From Obrimoposthia wandeli (lineage: Eukaryota): 64,000 nt of DNA. The stretch covers positions 248,001 to 312,000 of the forward strand of contig CDROCS010001137.1 of assembly GCA_977020255.1 (NCBI GenBank), given 5' to 3'. This document shows positions 49,426-61,000 of the stretch, piece by piece (the stretch's first letter is position 1; every line of letters begins with the position of its first letter). The translations under genes were made by a program, and so were the position numbers. The notes under the pieces were generated by a model that was not told where the DNA came from, did not search any database, and saw only the letters and a program-made list of their open reading frames with translations.

Positions 49426-50597
49426 TTATGAATGTGTCGCAGCTATAATTATACTGATAATTGAAGCAACAACTGGAATAACAGCCTCTAGGAAACCACC
49501 ATTCTGTTTAAGAATAATATTTCGTTTCCTTTTTTTACTTTTTACATTAGCAATATCTAGAAGAATTTTTCTATATTTCTTTAATTCATTTTTCCGTTTT
49601 CCAACCTTTACTCGACCCAAAACTATATTATACAAAACTTCCAATAAATCAACTACAACAAAGGATGGAAATGTTTTAAGAATAATCATTCTCTTATGAG
49701 AAGAGGCTTTGACTAAAGCAGGGTTTCTCAACGGGGGCCCTGGGGCCCCCTGGGGGGCCACACAATTTGCCAGGGGGGCCACACGAGCCAAACAACAAAA
49801 AAAAAATTAACACCCCTGTTTTCACTGGGTTAAACACTTCGATGGCTGCACACGTGTGCCACAAATAAATGTTTGACATGGAATAAAAACAGAGTATAGA
49901 CTTCTAGATACATATGGACGCGACGCGTCAACTTATTGTGTGGGCGTACCAGCCCAATGAGGGCCGACGGTAAAACATCATAATATGCCTTAGCAAAAAT
50001 ATCATCGCGCTACAAAAGTTTGTGTGGCGGATGTGGCATGTGCATAATCATCATCCTGAGTAATCTATGGACTAAAATCAGTAATCGTGTTGTGTCTCAG
50101 CGTGTGAAGAGAAGAGTGTCACACTTCATGTGTACATGCCCAAAATACGCTGCCATTGTAAAATGCTACCTACCTAACTCACAAACGTGCACTTGTGTTT
50201 GTTTTGAATGAGTCAGTGGTTGATTTCTTTCTTCTTGTTTGTCATTCACCATATCTGAATGTACACACATAGGACCTTGTTTTTCTAATTGTCTTTTTGC
50301 TCACGTTACCCTTGTAAACAATTGCTCCAGATTTCACTACACTTGTTGGCAAACGCCAAGCGCAAGGGTCACACTAACATTTTGTAAATATAGTTTTCTC
50401 ATTGATTATCTTTTTGAATGTTTCCATGACAGAATAGTATAATTGAAAACTATACGTATACGATGTAATCTTTTTGTCCATAGTAGAGGGGGGCCACAGC
50501 AATTTGCTGCAAACTAAAGGAGGCCGTGGTGAAAAAAGGTTGAGAAACCCTGGACTAAAGCTTTAAAATAGGGTATGCTTCTTTGTATTTTCTTCAT
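49426..50597 (-). pseudogene. Basic QxGG protein (adenovirus protein X/VII-like candidate), disrupted by a MITE
   Basis: MKKIQRSIPYFKALV [MITE] KASSHKRMIILKTFP...KQNGG|FLEAVIPVVASIIS; homologs at 16990-17330 and 55879-56211. Confidence 0.75.
49719..50552. mobile_element. hAT (Buster/Charlie-type) non-autonomous element, 834 bp
   Basis: TIR CAGGGTTTCTCAAC...GTTGAGAAACCCTG; perfect 8-bp TSD GACTAAAG with central TA. Confidence 0.95.
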
Positions 50598-50773
50598 TTT
50601 AATAAAAAAGGTTCAATTTAAATATTGTTTATATTCGAAGCCATTTAAGTTTTTTTTTATTTCTAACTACAGATTTGAATAATTTTTTCACTTTTATTTT
50701 CTTAATGATTTTTTTTTATTCCTTAGGCTTTGCTTTACGTTTTACTATCAACTTTGTAAAAGGCATTGTAAAT

Positions 50774-51421
50774 TTATTTTTTATAATTGTTCTCTATTTG
50801 TTTATAAACAGTTACTCCCTTAGAATTAAATATGTCTGTTAAAACACGTAAATTATCTGGGCAAGCTTGTGTAAAGTCAATAAATATATACCCATGTGCT
50901 TGTTTAGCAGCATCATGGAATGAATCAACTAGAAAGTTATTATTTTGAGGAAATGCCTGTCTGGCCACAAAATCAACAACTGTTTGATCTCTAGAATTTT
51001 TAAATAAAACTAAGTAATGTACATTAAGATTTCTTGTTCAAAGATGACCTCCTTGGTGAAAAAGATTTTGAGTGATAAATATAACTGTTACTTCACGATG
51101 TCTTGCAATCTTTGTAAATAAATGATTAAAGTTTGATTCCTTGTTAGCTTCCTGATATAAATCATCAATTATTATTACATCTTCTTTTTTCGATCTTTCA
51201 CACCAATTTGCATCAAATCCTTCAATAAATTGTATTCCCTTCAACTTGCAAACTTCTGTTTTGGTTAATCCGCTTTCCCCTCCTCCACCATGATGACAAT
51301 AAATATTTTTGAAACTAGATTTGAAAAGAGATTCATTTTGCAACAATTTTCATACGAAATGTGTCTTTTCACTTCCACCGGGATCAACTATTTGAAATAC
51401 AGCATTATTATTTAGCTCCAT
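50774..51421 (-). pseudogene. A32/FtsK-like packaging ATPase
   Basis: Walker A decayed here to DPGGSEKT (GPSGSG in the copy at ~3930); Walker B IIIDD; RHREVTVIFITQNLF; GYIFIDF. Confidence 0.9.
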
Positions 51422-51458
51422 TGAATATACTCTTTCATTTTTAATATTGTTTATATTA

Positions 51459-51740
51459 TCATAGAAGTTTCCTTATTGAAATGTACAATGTTAGAGCTAT
51501 TGTAGATGAAATACAAAAATTAATTAATGAATATTTGGCTATAATTTTATTTATTTGTGTACGATTTCTAAATTCTCGAATAACGTATGAGCTAACCAAT
51601 ATTTCAATGTTATCTCTTGTTATATCATTATTTTTTAATTCTGATAAAATTTCTTTACCCATACTTTTTCCAGAAAATATTTCGTCGGCAAGACGATCCA
51701 CTTCATTGTCTCTATTTATAGTATTATTCATTTGAAACAA
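51459..51740 (-). CDS. Small Polinton ORF with C-terminal hydrophobic segment
   Basis: Intact 93-aa ORF; its 3' half is conserved in the copy at ~4000-4140. Confidence 0.55.
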   Translation of the reverse strand: MFQMNNTINRDNEVDRLADEIFSGKSMGKEILSELKNNDITRDNIEILVSSYVIREFRNRTQINKIIAKYSLINFCISSTIALTLYISIRKLL

Positions 51741-51759
51741 TAAGTTTAAACGGGTTTGT

Positions 51760-52324
51760 TTATAGAAAAGATAACAATATGTAATAAGATATATTTTCTA
51801 AAATCAAATCAACAATGTTTGGATAATCAAAATTTTTCAACCCCAATATCATAACTTTACCACTGGAAAATATATTTACACATAGCGGTTTAAACTTCAA
51901 ATAACTGAGAGCAGGAAATATTTCTGGTTCAAACATGCATTCTTCTTTCATTTTCTCTGCAGTTTTAAAATGATTTATCTGTTTCCCAAGATTAGCCGAA
52001 ATGGTGATTGATTGTATTGCAGTGATTCGAATTCCAAATGGTAAATTGAACCCAAGCATTGGTATTTTGCATCCCATAACACGACAATTTCCTAAAAGAA
52101 TTCAATATGAAAATTAAAAAAAACTAACCTGTAGGAAAAATAACAACTGTGAAATTGTCAAACTTTTCCACATATTGTCTCTGCTTCCATTCATTGAATG
52201 GTAAATACGAAACATCATCTTCTGTTCTTCTTTTATAATTTATATTTACGAGTTTCATTAGACTAAAATTGTATTCTATAAAATCTTCTTTATATATGTC
52301 TGAACCTGCTTTTTTATTGCACAT
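51760..52324 (-). CDS. TATA-binding protein (TBP)-like protein, 2 exons
   Basis: 37-nt intron 52128-52092 (ACA G|GTTAG...TTTTAG|GA) joins VVIFPTG-NCRVMGCK (repeat 1) to IQSITISANLG...FEPEIFPAL...VNIFSSGKVMILGLK (repeat 2). Confidence 0.8.
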
Positions 52325-52452
52325 TTCTTGTAATTATCTTCCAAACCTATTATAATTGGATGATATATTTCTTCCAATCAAATTTAGTCCAATCAAATTC
52401 AATGCTTTTGTTATATTAACCAATGAGATTCATGTTTTTTGTTAGAAATTAG

Positions 52453-52487
52453 TATAAAAGAATGCTCCATTGGAGGACAAATCACAG
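52453..52487 (+). promoter_or_regulatory. TATA box (TATAAAAG) with a downstream Inr-like TCACAGT, upstream of ORF 52491
   Basis: Canonical octamer at 52453-52460, about 30 nt before the putative initiator. Confidence 0.5.
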
Positions 52488-52490
52488 TAA

Positions 52491-52973
52491 ATGCATTCAT
52501 ATCAAAGACAAGTATCAACGATGGACGATAGTCAACGGGTATTAAGCGATGAGGAAGATATAGAAATGTTTGAAGAATCGGATAAGGATATGTATGAAGA
52601 AGTGAAACAATATTTCAAATACAAAGTCAGATTCTTGAAGAAGGCTCAACTGATTGCTTTTGTAAATCCTGTGACAATTGAAAGAAGAAAGTTCAGCTAC
52701 TATCTATCAAATATTCAAAAACCAGATTTTCAATATCTTAAACAGAAAGTTGAAAAGGCAGTTCCGAATTTTACTTTCAATAAGAACGAATTTTATATCC
52801 AAGGAACCGATGAAGCATTTCTAGATGATTATGGAAGATATGTTGATATTGATGCGTTTCCGAAAAACAAGCAATGGACTGTAACAATTCGACTTTATGG
52901 TTACAAGAAAGATGAAATGGGAACAAAGTTGCCTATGTGGAAAATTGAACGTGCTCATATTTCTATGTGTTAA
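52491..52973 (+). CDS. Polinton ORF, possible OB-fold ssDNA-binding protein
   Basis: Intact 160 aa; acidic N-terminus; C-terminal W.VTIRLYGY...PMWKI.RA. Confidence 0.55.
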   Translation: MHSYQRQVSTMDDSQRVLSDEEDIEMFEESDKDMYEEVKQYFKYKVRFLKKAQLIAFVNPVTIERRKFSYYLSNIQKPDFQYLKQKVEKAVPNFTFNKNEFYIQGTDEAFLDDYGRYVDIDAFPKNKQWTVTIRLYGYKKDEMGTKLPMWKIERAHISMC

Positions 52974-53108
52974 CTTTTGCGTGTAATAAATTGTAATCGG
53001 TTTTACTATGTTTCTTTTATTTAATAATCAGTTTTATTTTTTAAATATTTGTATCTTATATGTATTTTTTTATAAACATTGTTTTTTTAATCAGTTTCCT
53101 TATTTTAG

Positions 53109-53514
53109 AATGGATAAGAGATGTGTAGCAAATTTTTATTATCCAGAAAGATTTTCAAAGGGAAAACTATGTAATATATTAAAGAGGCATCAAATTATAC
53201 GAGTTATGAATCCTGTGAAAATATCAAAAGTGGAGAATAAATATCTCATCGAAATTTTAACAACATCTGATTTTGATCAATTAAAAAATATTTTGGGATT
53301 TTACATTCCTGATTATGTATATGAATGAAATTGATTCCAACTTGAAACTGATCCCAGTCTGGATTTTAAAGATGATCTAGGATATTTGATTGCTCTAATT
53401 CTAGATGAAGAACTATGGAATATCTCAATACGTCTCAATGGATATTTTGCTGATGACAGGAAAATGCAGCCTCTTTGGACTTTGAGTGAAGCCAATATGT
53501 TGTTTTATGTTTAA
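53109..53514 (+). pseudogene. Paralog of ORF 52491 (two in-frame stops)
   Basis: YVYE*N*FQLETDPSL reads YVYEGNYFHSESDPSL in the copy at ~4200; C-terminal WNISIRLNGY...PLWTL.EA. Confidence 0.6.
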
Positions 53515-54041
53515 TAAATGTTTTGAAAAATAATTTTGACTCGTATTTTGTTTTTTCTCCTCTAAATTATTTAGTGATCTAATTTTTCTCTCATAAATCT
53601 GAACTAAATATTTAACATGTAGTAATCTTTCTTAAAAATAGTAGTAATATATTATTTGAAATCTCGTCTGCAATAAGCCGCCGGGTCTAATATGGATTCC
53701 CGTGGTCTTCTCTAACCACTTTCAAGATAAAATTCAAAGTAAAATTTTAATTTTTTTGGGAGTGGGGGGGGGTACCCCCTCCCCATTCGTTACTTTTCAA
53801 TTTTTCAACAAAAAAAATTCTCCTACACACATACACAAAATTTCACTCCACACACATGCACGGTTTTAAAGGACAGTGGTAACCCCCCCTCCTATTCGTT
53901 GCTTCTTTTCAATTTTTTCCTACACACAAACACGAAATTTCACTCCACATACATGCACGAAATTTCACTCCACACACATGCACGGTTTTAAAGAACAGTT
54001 GGGGTGGAGGGTGTGGATTAGACCAGACACATCCACCTACT

Positions 54042-56230
54042 TATTAGCATTAAATTTTTCATGAGAAACCATATCGGTTAAATCATCAAACAAATATTAC
54101 ATAAAACATCATACTGAGTAAAGCTTGGTATGATGTTTGAGGAAGAAGACTAGTCAGACGAGTTAGAGAAATTATCAAATATGAATTAACGAATTCATTG
54201 ATGTTGAATCACTGAGTTTCTCACTTGCTTGCATCTTATTCAATACAAATTTAGGTAGTAGTTTATCATCAACTATCAGATCCTTGTAAAATCCAACAGG
54301 ACTGCTAGCTACAGTATGATACAAAAGATTGTACGGCTATATGGGTATACTGCATTCATTGTTTCAAATTCAAGTTACTAGTCGAGACGATATTATTCTA
54401 AGCAGAAGTACCGGTAAATGCCAGTTCTTAAAACTGCAATTAATCTACTAAAAATGTTTATTCAGTGCGAATTTTAAACAAATATGAAATTTATTTGCAG
54501 TCACAATATCATTAATTTAAATTAATTAGGAAGCTCTTACACTGTTGAATTGTCCGAATCACATTTAGAGACTGACGTACTGAGTTTCCTTCTTAAAACT
54601 TTTTTCGTCTTGTTTTTTTCGTTTCAGTCGATTGATGCTTCAATTTGTGTTGTGGTGATAATATCCCCTCTATTTATATGATTTTCCTTGAACAATAAAA
54701 CCATCCACTGTCTTCATTACTTTGACAAAAATAGTTACGACAATTATCGCTGATTCATTTCCGCTGATTCGATTGTTCTCCTACTTCCTCTTGCTACCTG
54801 TGTGTGGCTGCCCCAGATGATTCTGCAATTTGCACGACTCTGTGATGGTGCATATGTGTACCTCGCAATTTCTATTGTTTTTCAGGCTATTAACTTCAAT
54901 TTTAGAGCAAATTAACTCTACAATAATATTAATATATTTTATTGAATTTTTTACTGAATGTCTTTAAAATTTCATTGCCAGGACTATAAATATAGATAAT
55001 TTAATTCATTCTTTGAATTTAATTGTCCATTTATGAACATCGACAATATCACGTTCAATATCAGTAATGAAATGCATTAAAAGATTAGCACTATACAGTG
55101 TATTTTGATATTTTATTGTTGTAGTTTTTTTTAAAAAATACTTATCGTAAGCTTAGAAGTACTGACATAGTCACCGACGTTATATTTCAGTTTAGCAGTT
55201 ATCGTTTTTTGATTGTCCGTTTGTCATATATCCATTGCATTAGAATCGGTTATATCGGTTATATCTTAAACCATTTAAACCTCGATGGTGAGTCTTATAG
55301 TACAAATCAATTATAAGTGGTAAAGTTTTGAACCATTTCTTAATACCAATTGATATAAATGATTCTTTAAAAGGTATGTTAATGTCATATTGAATCGTTA
55401 TACCATGGTAGCCTTGTGTTGAGAAACAACATCTAATATTTTAAACAATAATGTTATGTTTTGTTGTAAAACTCTTAATCGTCATCAGTTTGAGAAAAAA
55501 CTGCATAGTGACAGAGATGAGAGACAGCGCGGCGGTTCACATATGACCACAACCATGGCAGTCCAATCTAGACTTTTTTGGGCGGTTCTGGAATTAATCA
55601 TCTTTAATTCCGTCTCGATCACAGATTGAAAAGGGGCACTCAACATGTGATCGACTCTCCCTCTATCTTCCTTATATTTGCCATTATTATATCTTGCTTT
55701 GCAGGGATCTTTACTGCGAAGTCAGAGATAATAAGCCTTCTTCTTAAAGAGGGCAAAACAGTTGAAAAACTGGTAGGGAATGAAAAAATTTTAAATGCCA
55801 TTATTTCCATTACATTTGAAAATCTATATTTGATAAGTTGTTAAACATTACTATATTAGTAAAAAGGTAGATTGTTTATCAACTAGATACAGCCACTTTA
55901 GCTAGTAGAGGACATAGAAATGTCATAACAATCGGAATAAGAACACCGATGAAACCACAGTTTTGCTTCAGTAAAACCGTAAGTTTACCACTTGCATATG
56001 TTACATTGACAATATCAAGTAGAACTTTACGACGTTTTCCAAGTCTCAACTTGAGATTTCCGATATTAACATTGCCTTTGACAATATTGAACAGAATTTC
56101 AACCATTCTATCAATTACAAAAAGAGGGAAAGATTTCAGAATACGTGATCTATGTGATAGTGGGGCTTTTGATAGAGTTTTAAAGTGTGGAAAAGCAGAT
56201 TTGGAAGGCATTTTAGACTACCTTTGCTAA
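54042..56230 (-). mobile_element. Right part of the older Polinton: QxGG gene, integrase remnant and interrupted ORF
   Basis: 55879-56211 is homologous to the 49426 gene (KQNCG|FIGVLIPIV); QTDD.*EFYNK, SQHKATMV*RFN and KYNVGDYV at ~55495-55150; a reading frame continues across the young Polinton insertion. Confidence 0.75.
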
Positions 56231-57480
56231 TCAGTCTCTCTTAAATTGCTTTCTCACGAGTATGTATATTAGTGTAAAGTGTTGATTCCTAAATATCAGC
56301 ACAACGCTCTCAACTCCCACCAATGTTCTCGAATCGAATCAGGTCCACCACACACGCAAAGTCTAAGTCTCGAGTCGAGAACAAGCTGGTGTTGTGCTTA
56401 TGTTTGAGAACCGACACTTAACTCGTGTATCCTATCAACTTTGCAACACTTGAAAATATCAACAACAAAAAGCTGGAGAAAAACCATTCATATTTTTACA
56501 AACTCAAGAAATATCTTTCGGAAAATACAGAATTTCGATTTATTCTTATGGACGAGGATTTCTAGGAGTATTCATAATATCAGCAGCTTTTCGGGTGCAC
56601 GATTAAAATAATCTATCGTTTCTCGGAAATAATATCAAAATAAAGATTCGTGAAACTGTTATAAATGAAATGAATAAAATAATTATGTCTACTGAGGAAG
56701 TCGAAGTACAATATGGATGTTAGTGCTGTAAAACAAAGCCGCATATCAATTTATTACGAGAAAGTTCAGCTAATGAAACATTCCAGACATCAGCTGAAAA
56801 ATAACTTGTAATGTAGAGAGGTGAATCTGCACATCGATAGCAACCCTCTCCCTTTTTGGAAGGATAGATGTAAATGTTTTCCCCGTCTTACCAGTTTTGC
56901 TTAAAGGAAACAGCCACGTCAATTGTTTATTAAACATCACAAAAGTTATATAGAAATAATTTGGTTTATAAATGTGTCTTGAACTTTGTACTTAGTTTAC
57001 CTAGAAATTGGTTCATTTCTGTAAAGGTGTCTCAAAGGTATAGCTCAACTGTTGCATAAATCTATTGAGTAATCAGTTTAAAATGTTTAACCGCTCCCAG
57101 CCCTTATAATTATTATTTGGTTCGTTTGATTTACTTTTTCACATTATCGACGAACTTTACATTACTTTGATTTCATAGAATTAAAATGAAACAAATGAAT
57201 TTTGCTTTGTAAATGAATTTGTTTAATAGTCCATATTTTGTTGTTCATTTTGTATTTAGATATTGTCTACTTTTATTTTCCCATTCTAAGCCTTATGATT
57301 AGCTCTTAGATATTTAAATAGCATAAAATGCCAAGAAGAAGTTCAGAAAATGTGTCGTACATAAGCCGAAACTTGATATCATAATTGCCACACACTCACT
57401 CAACAAGTAGGCTCTACATGTAAAAATATCGATTTAACCCAATTTCTTTGTAGTCATTGTTACTTTGTTCATTTTTATCA

Positions 57481-57999
57481 ATGCAACTATTTCATGGATT
57501 TACACCGTTTAAATTGATTTCTCTATGTTTCCTATCAATCGTTTGTCCAACTGTCATTCACAGCTGGGAGTACTGTCCTAAAGATCAATCAAGATGGTTC
57601 TGTCAAAATTACTGCTGTTCATTCGACGACGGAGAGGATGTTCGATGCTGCAATGACTGCAGTAAAAGCATCAACCCGAATAACAAATGCAGCCAAAATT
57701 CTGTGGCAAAATGGATCTCTGTCACCAGTGGTGTGGTGGGCTGTATTCTCGTCATTGTGGCCGTTGTTCTCTGTTGTAGATGCTTTACTGACCACAACAA
57801 GCACTCTTCTGACTTTGACCAAGAACCGCTACCAGTCTTATATCCCATACAGCCTCAATATGGTGCTGCAGTATACCATTTCCCAGCTCCTGCGTCAATA
57901 GCAACACCGACAAATGCATCTGCTCCAACTGAGGATTCCATCGCGTCTGCTCCTCCATACACTTCTCATCCAGATAATCCTCCACCTTACCGAAAATGA
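57481..57999 (+). CDS. Shisa/VOPP1/WBP1-like single-pass membrane protein, intronless
   Basis: Signal-like N-terminus, Cys-rich ectodomain (C..FC..YCC...RCC..C), TM ending CCRC, Pro-rich tail with APPY and PPPY motifs. Confidence 0.8.
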   Translation: MQLFHGFTPFKLISLCFLSIVCPTVIHSWEYCPKDQSRWFCQNYCCSFDDGEDVRCCNDCSKSINPNNKCSQNSVAKWISVTSGVVGCILVIVAVVLCCRCFTDHNKHSSDFDQEPLPVLYPIQPQYGAAVYHFPAPASIATPTNASAPTEDSIASAPPYTSHPDNPPPYRK

Positions 58000-58135
58000 T
58001 AACTGACTTCATCACTTTGACTTAACCGTTCTAATGCAACATTATATTTGATTTATAATGAATTTTTACAAAGTAATAACACTTATTTATATACATTTCA
58101 TTTTTTGTCAACATTTTTATAACTACAATTGATTA

Positions 58136-60290
58136 CACAGTGTAACAAAAAAATTCCCCAGAAAATAACTGTTATTTCCTATTTTGTTAAGTTGAAAAAC
58201 ATTTTAAAATCATATTATCGCTGCTCAAAATCTAGTTGGGGTCAGTCCATAAGGATTTATATATTTTATTTACCCTTGCAAAACTATATACAAACAAAAG
58301 AAAATTTGAACAAAATAACAACTGTAATTAGGCATAAACTAAAATTACTTTTCAATTAAAGCTACAAAAAATATAAAAGACAAAGTCAGAGAATGTATAA
58401 ATTTAAAATGTCTAAAAATGTTGGGTTTTTCTAGATCTTCTTTTGTAGGCCGGATCTTCAACTTCCCGCACAAGGCCCAAATATAATCACCCACCATACT
58501 CTCAGAGTTCTTCAAACTTATGTACGTCTTGGTGAAAAGGTTCACCTTGCTCTTCTGACATTGAACCCATATTATGCACAAAATGGTCTAAATGAGCCTG
58601 CAAGGTATGCATCTTTAAAGACATATGACATCCAATTGCCTGATAACTAGAGAAAATTATTTCAACTAAATCTTCAGAATTATCAGCCTTTCTATTTTTA
58701 AGAAAAATTTTCACCACATTTTTGAATGCACTCCAAGCGTATTTTTCAGCAGAACTCAACATTGTAATGAAATCCTCACCATTTATTAGTTTTCTCACTC
58801 GAGGTCCAACAAATATGCCAGCTTTTATTTTTGCTGCAGATAGATTTGGAAAAGGTTTTTGTAGATGAGCAAATGCTGCAGACTCACAATCAACCCAGTT
58901 TTATATGCAATGGGGCATCAGTGCCTTGTGCACACCCACTGTCCGTTGCTGTCTGAAAGGCCAATGGCGTTGGTCATACGGATTCTTTGGACGAATGTCC
59001 CATAAACAAAGATAACATGGATTCTTTGTATTACCCCCCTTGCAAACCCATCAGAAATGCAATCATTTTAAACTCCCCTAAGACTTGGAATTGATTCTCA
59101 TCATATTTGATAGCATCTAAGATTCTTTGAACATTTTCAAAATTTTCTTTTAGATCGGCTGAGTGTGTAACAGGAATAGAGGGACATTTATTTCCATTAT
59201 GCAATAAAACACATATGAGGCTTTTTGTTGAACCATCTATAAATAAACGCCATTCACTTGAATCTAATTGATATCCAGGTGTTAGGCTTAATTTAAATAT
59301 AAAAAAGAAAATATAAAAATTGTAATATAATTTTATTAAATACAAAAAATGACCAGAGTGCCAACAATTATGAGAGTTCTCAAAACAAAATTTGAATATT
59401 TTAAAAAACGTTTACATATTTAAGAATAAAAATAACAAAAATAAAAAGATAAAAATGTCGATAAAACCTGTTGAATTTTTTGTAGGAGGCCAGTCACGAT
59501 ATCCTGTAAAATTTTATTCTGTCTTTATATCCCCCTAATCTTCATGTAGAGCCCTGGTCTTCCTGCTGGGGCTTTTGAATTAATCTAAATGGGGTTTGAT
59601 CATTTAGATAATTTGCCCACTTAGGTTCCATCGGATAACCCGTTAGTAGGTGTGTTTGCCTGTTAGTATTGTAAAGTTTTATGTACTTTCTTATACTATA
59701 GTACTTTTTTATTCAAATGTGGTATTTTGATGAACCGTATTTTGGTATAAACTTTATTCAAAACTTAAGCAATTGTTATTTATTTGCTTAAAATTTTTTA
59801 AGGATAGTAATTTAAATATTTACTATTTTTAATGTTCTTTTAAATTTAACTCATTTTTTTCAAATAGGCCTTGGATGTAATTACAAAAACCTAATTTGTC
59901 TTTCATTGAAAGATATTTTCAAAATTGTTCATGTCGTTTTCGCTGTATGGTAACCATGCATGTCTTGTCAACAGTTTTCATTGTTGTAGGCGTGAAGTAA
60001 GTAACTCAGCATTTGATTTAGTTAACCCAAGATCACGAATTAAGTCATTCAACTCATTTTGATTAGGAAAATAAGGCATCCTTCATCATTGAAAAAATCT
60101 AAATCACTGGCATTACTTTCATTATAATTCATTACAAGAACTTTAACTATTGTCTGCGAATTAATTTACATGGCTAATACTTAGACAAAACTTTAGTATC
60201 ATGTTTCATAATTTTGTTGCGAGTTGTCATCATAGCTCCCATTCTCTTTTTTTGTTGGTACAATCTGAGTTTCTTTCTTGGTGTCTGTTT
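58136..60290 (-). mobile_element. Chapaev3-type (CMC) DNA transposon remnant
   Basis: ELNDLIRDLGLTK..AELL.SRL; WRLFIDGSTKSL..VLLHNGN..PSIPV.HS; LHIKLG; MSLKMH.L.AHLD; SEEQGE.FHQD; candidate end TTA|CACAGTGTAACAAAA at 58136. Confidence 0.8.
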
Positions 60291-60499
60291 TTTTTCTATA
60301 TTCCTAATTTTTTAGTAAATTTTGATATATATAGTTTGTAAATATATTAAAAATACTATAAAAGATTTAATACAACATTTTACACTTCACAATTACTTAA
60401 ATAGTATATTTTCACAATATATATTCTAATTTGTAATTGTTAAACTTTTTTTTAATATTATTAATTGTAAATTACTTCCAATCTCAATCAAATTCAGAT

Positions 60500-61000
60500 G
60501 AAGACAACGGAGCAAGAAACGTTTACACTAATAATCAACAAAGAAACAAAACATACGTTACTTTTTTTTGGCATTTGTACTGGAGAAAATAAACTGTTTG
60601 AATATCAATCAGAGCACTTTAGATGGCATTTATTGCATTCTATGGTTTCAACTAAGTATAAAATATTATCAGTTATGTTATATAATAAGTTATTATTTCG
60701 TGCAAGTTGGAAGAAATTTACACAAGGAACGAAATTCATCACAAATATCTAGATGATATTTATCTAGGTCGGTGCATGTCATTATTAAAGTCGAAACCGC
60801 TTGGCGATAATGAGAATGTGTTCAAAATTGATTGTCTAAAGTTTCTTGTTGAACTGTGTCAAAATTTGGAAAATATTTCCTCTAAATGACAATGGAGTTA
60901 TTGCCAGTCTTAATATTTTAGATCCGGATGTCGTGTACGATTTATTCTCAATCGTTCATTTGCCAATTTGTCATAACGTTTTCCATAAAATAATAAAATA
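60500..61000 (+). mobile_element. Possible hAT transposase C-terminal remnant
   Basis: IYLG...F...CLKFLVELCQ...LNILDP pattern; heavily decayed. Confidence 0.35.

Larger units (their letters stand above)
36731..54041. mobile_element. Full-length Polinton/Maverick provirus (17311 bp), decayed
   Basis: TIRs 36731-~36835 and ~53937-54041 starting AGTAGGTGGATGTGTC; 6-bp TSD TCTTAG (36725-30) / TATTAG (54042-47); pPolB, INT, ATPase, PRO, MCP and mCP all present. Confidence 0.96.

Noticed and set aside
54560-54930. Possible Merlin or other transposase remnant; also unassigned coding-like DNA at 9980-10560, 22030-22480, 24900-25850 and 61400-62450
   Set aside because: No motif strong enough to assign by eye; needs a translated profile search
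57609-58015. Several antisense and alternate-frame ORFs; likewise 46222-47418, 37880-38269 and 19671-21115
   Set aside because: Shadows of real coding regions on the other strand or frame
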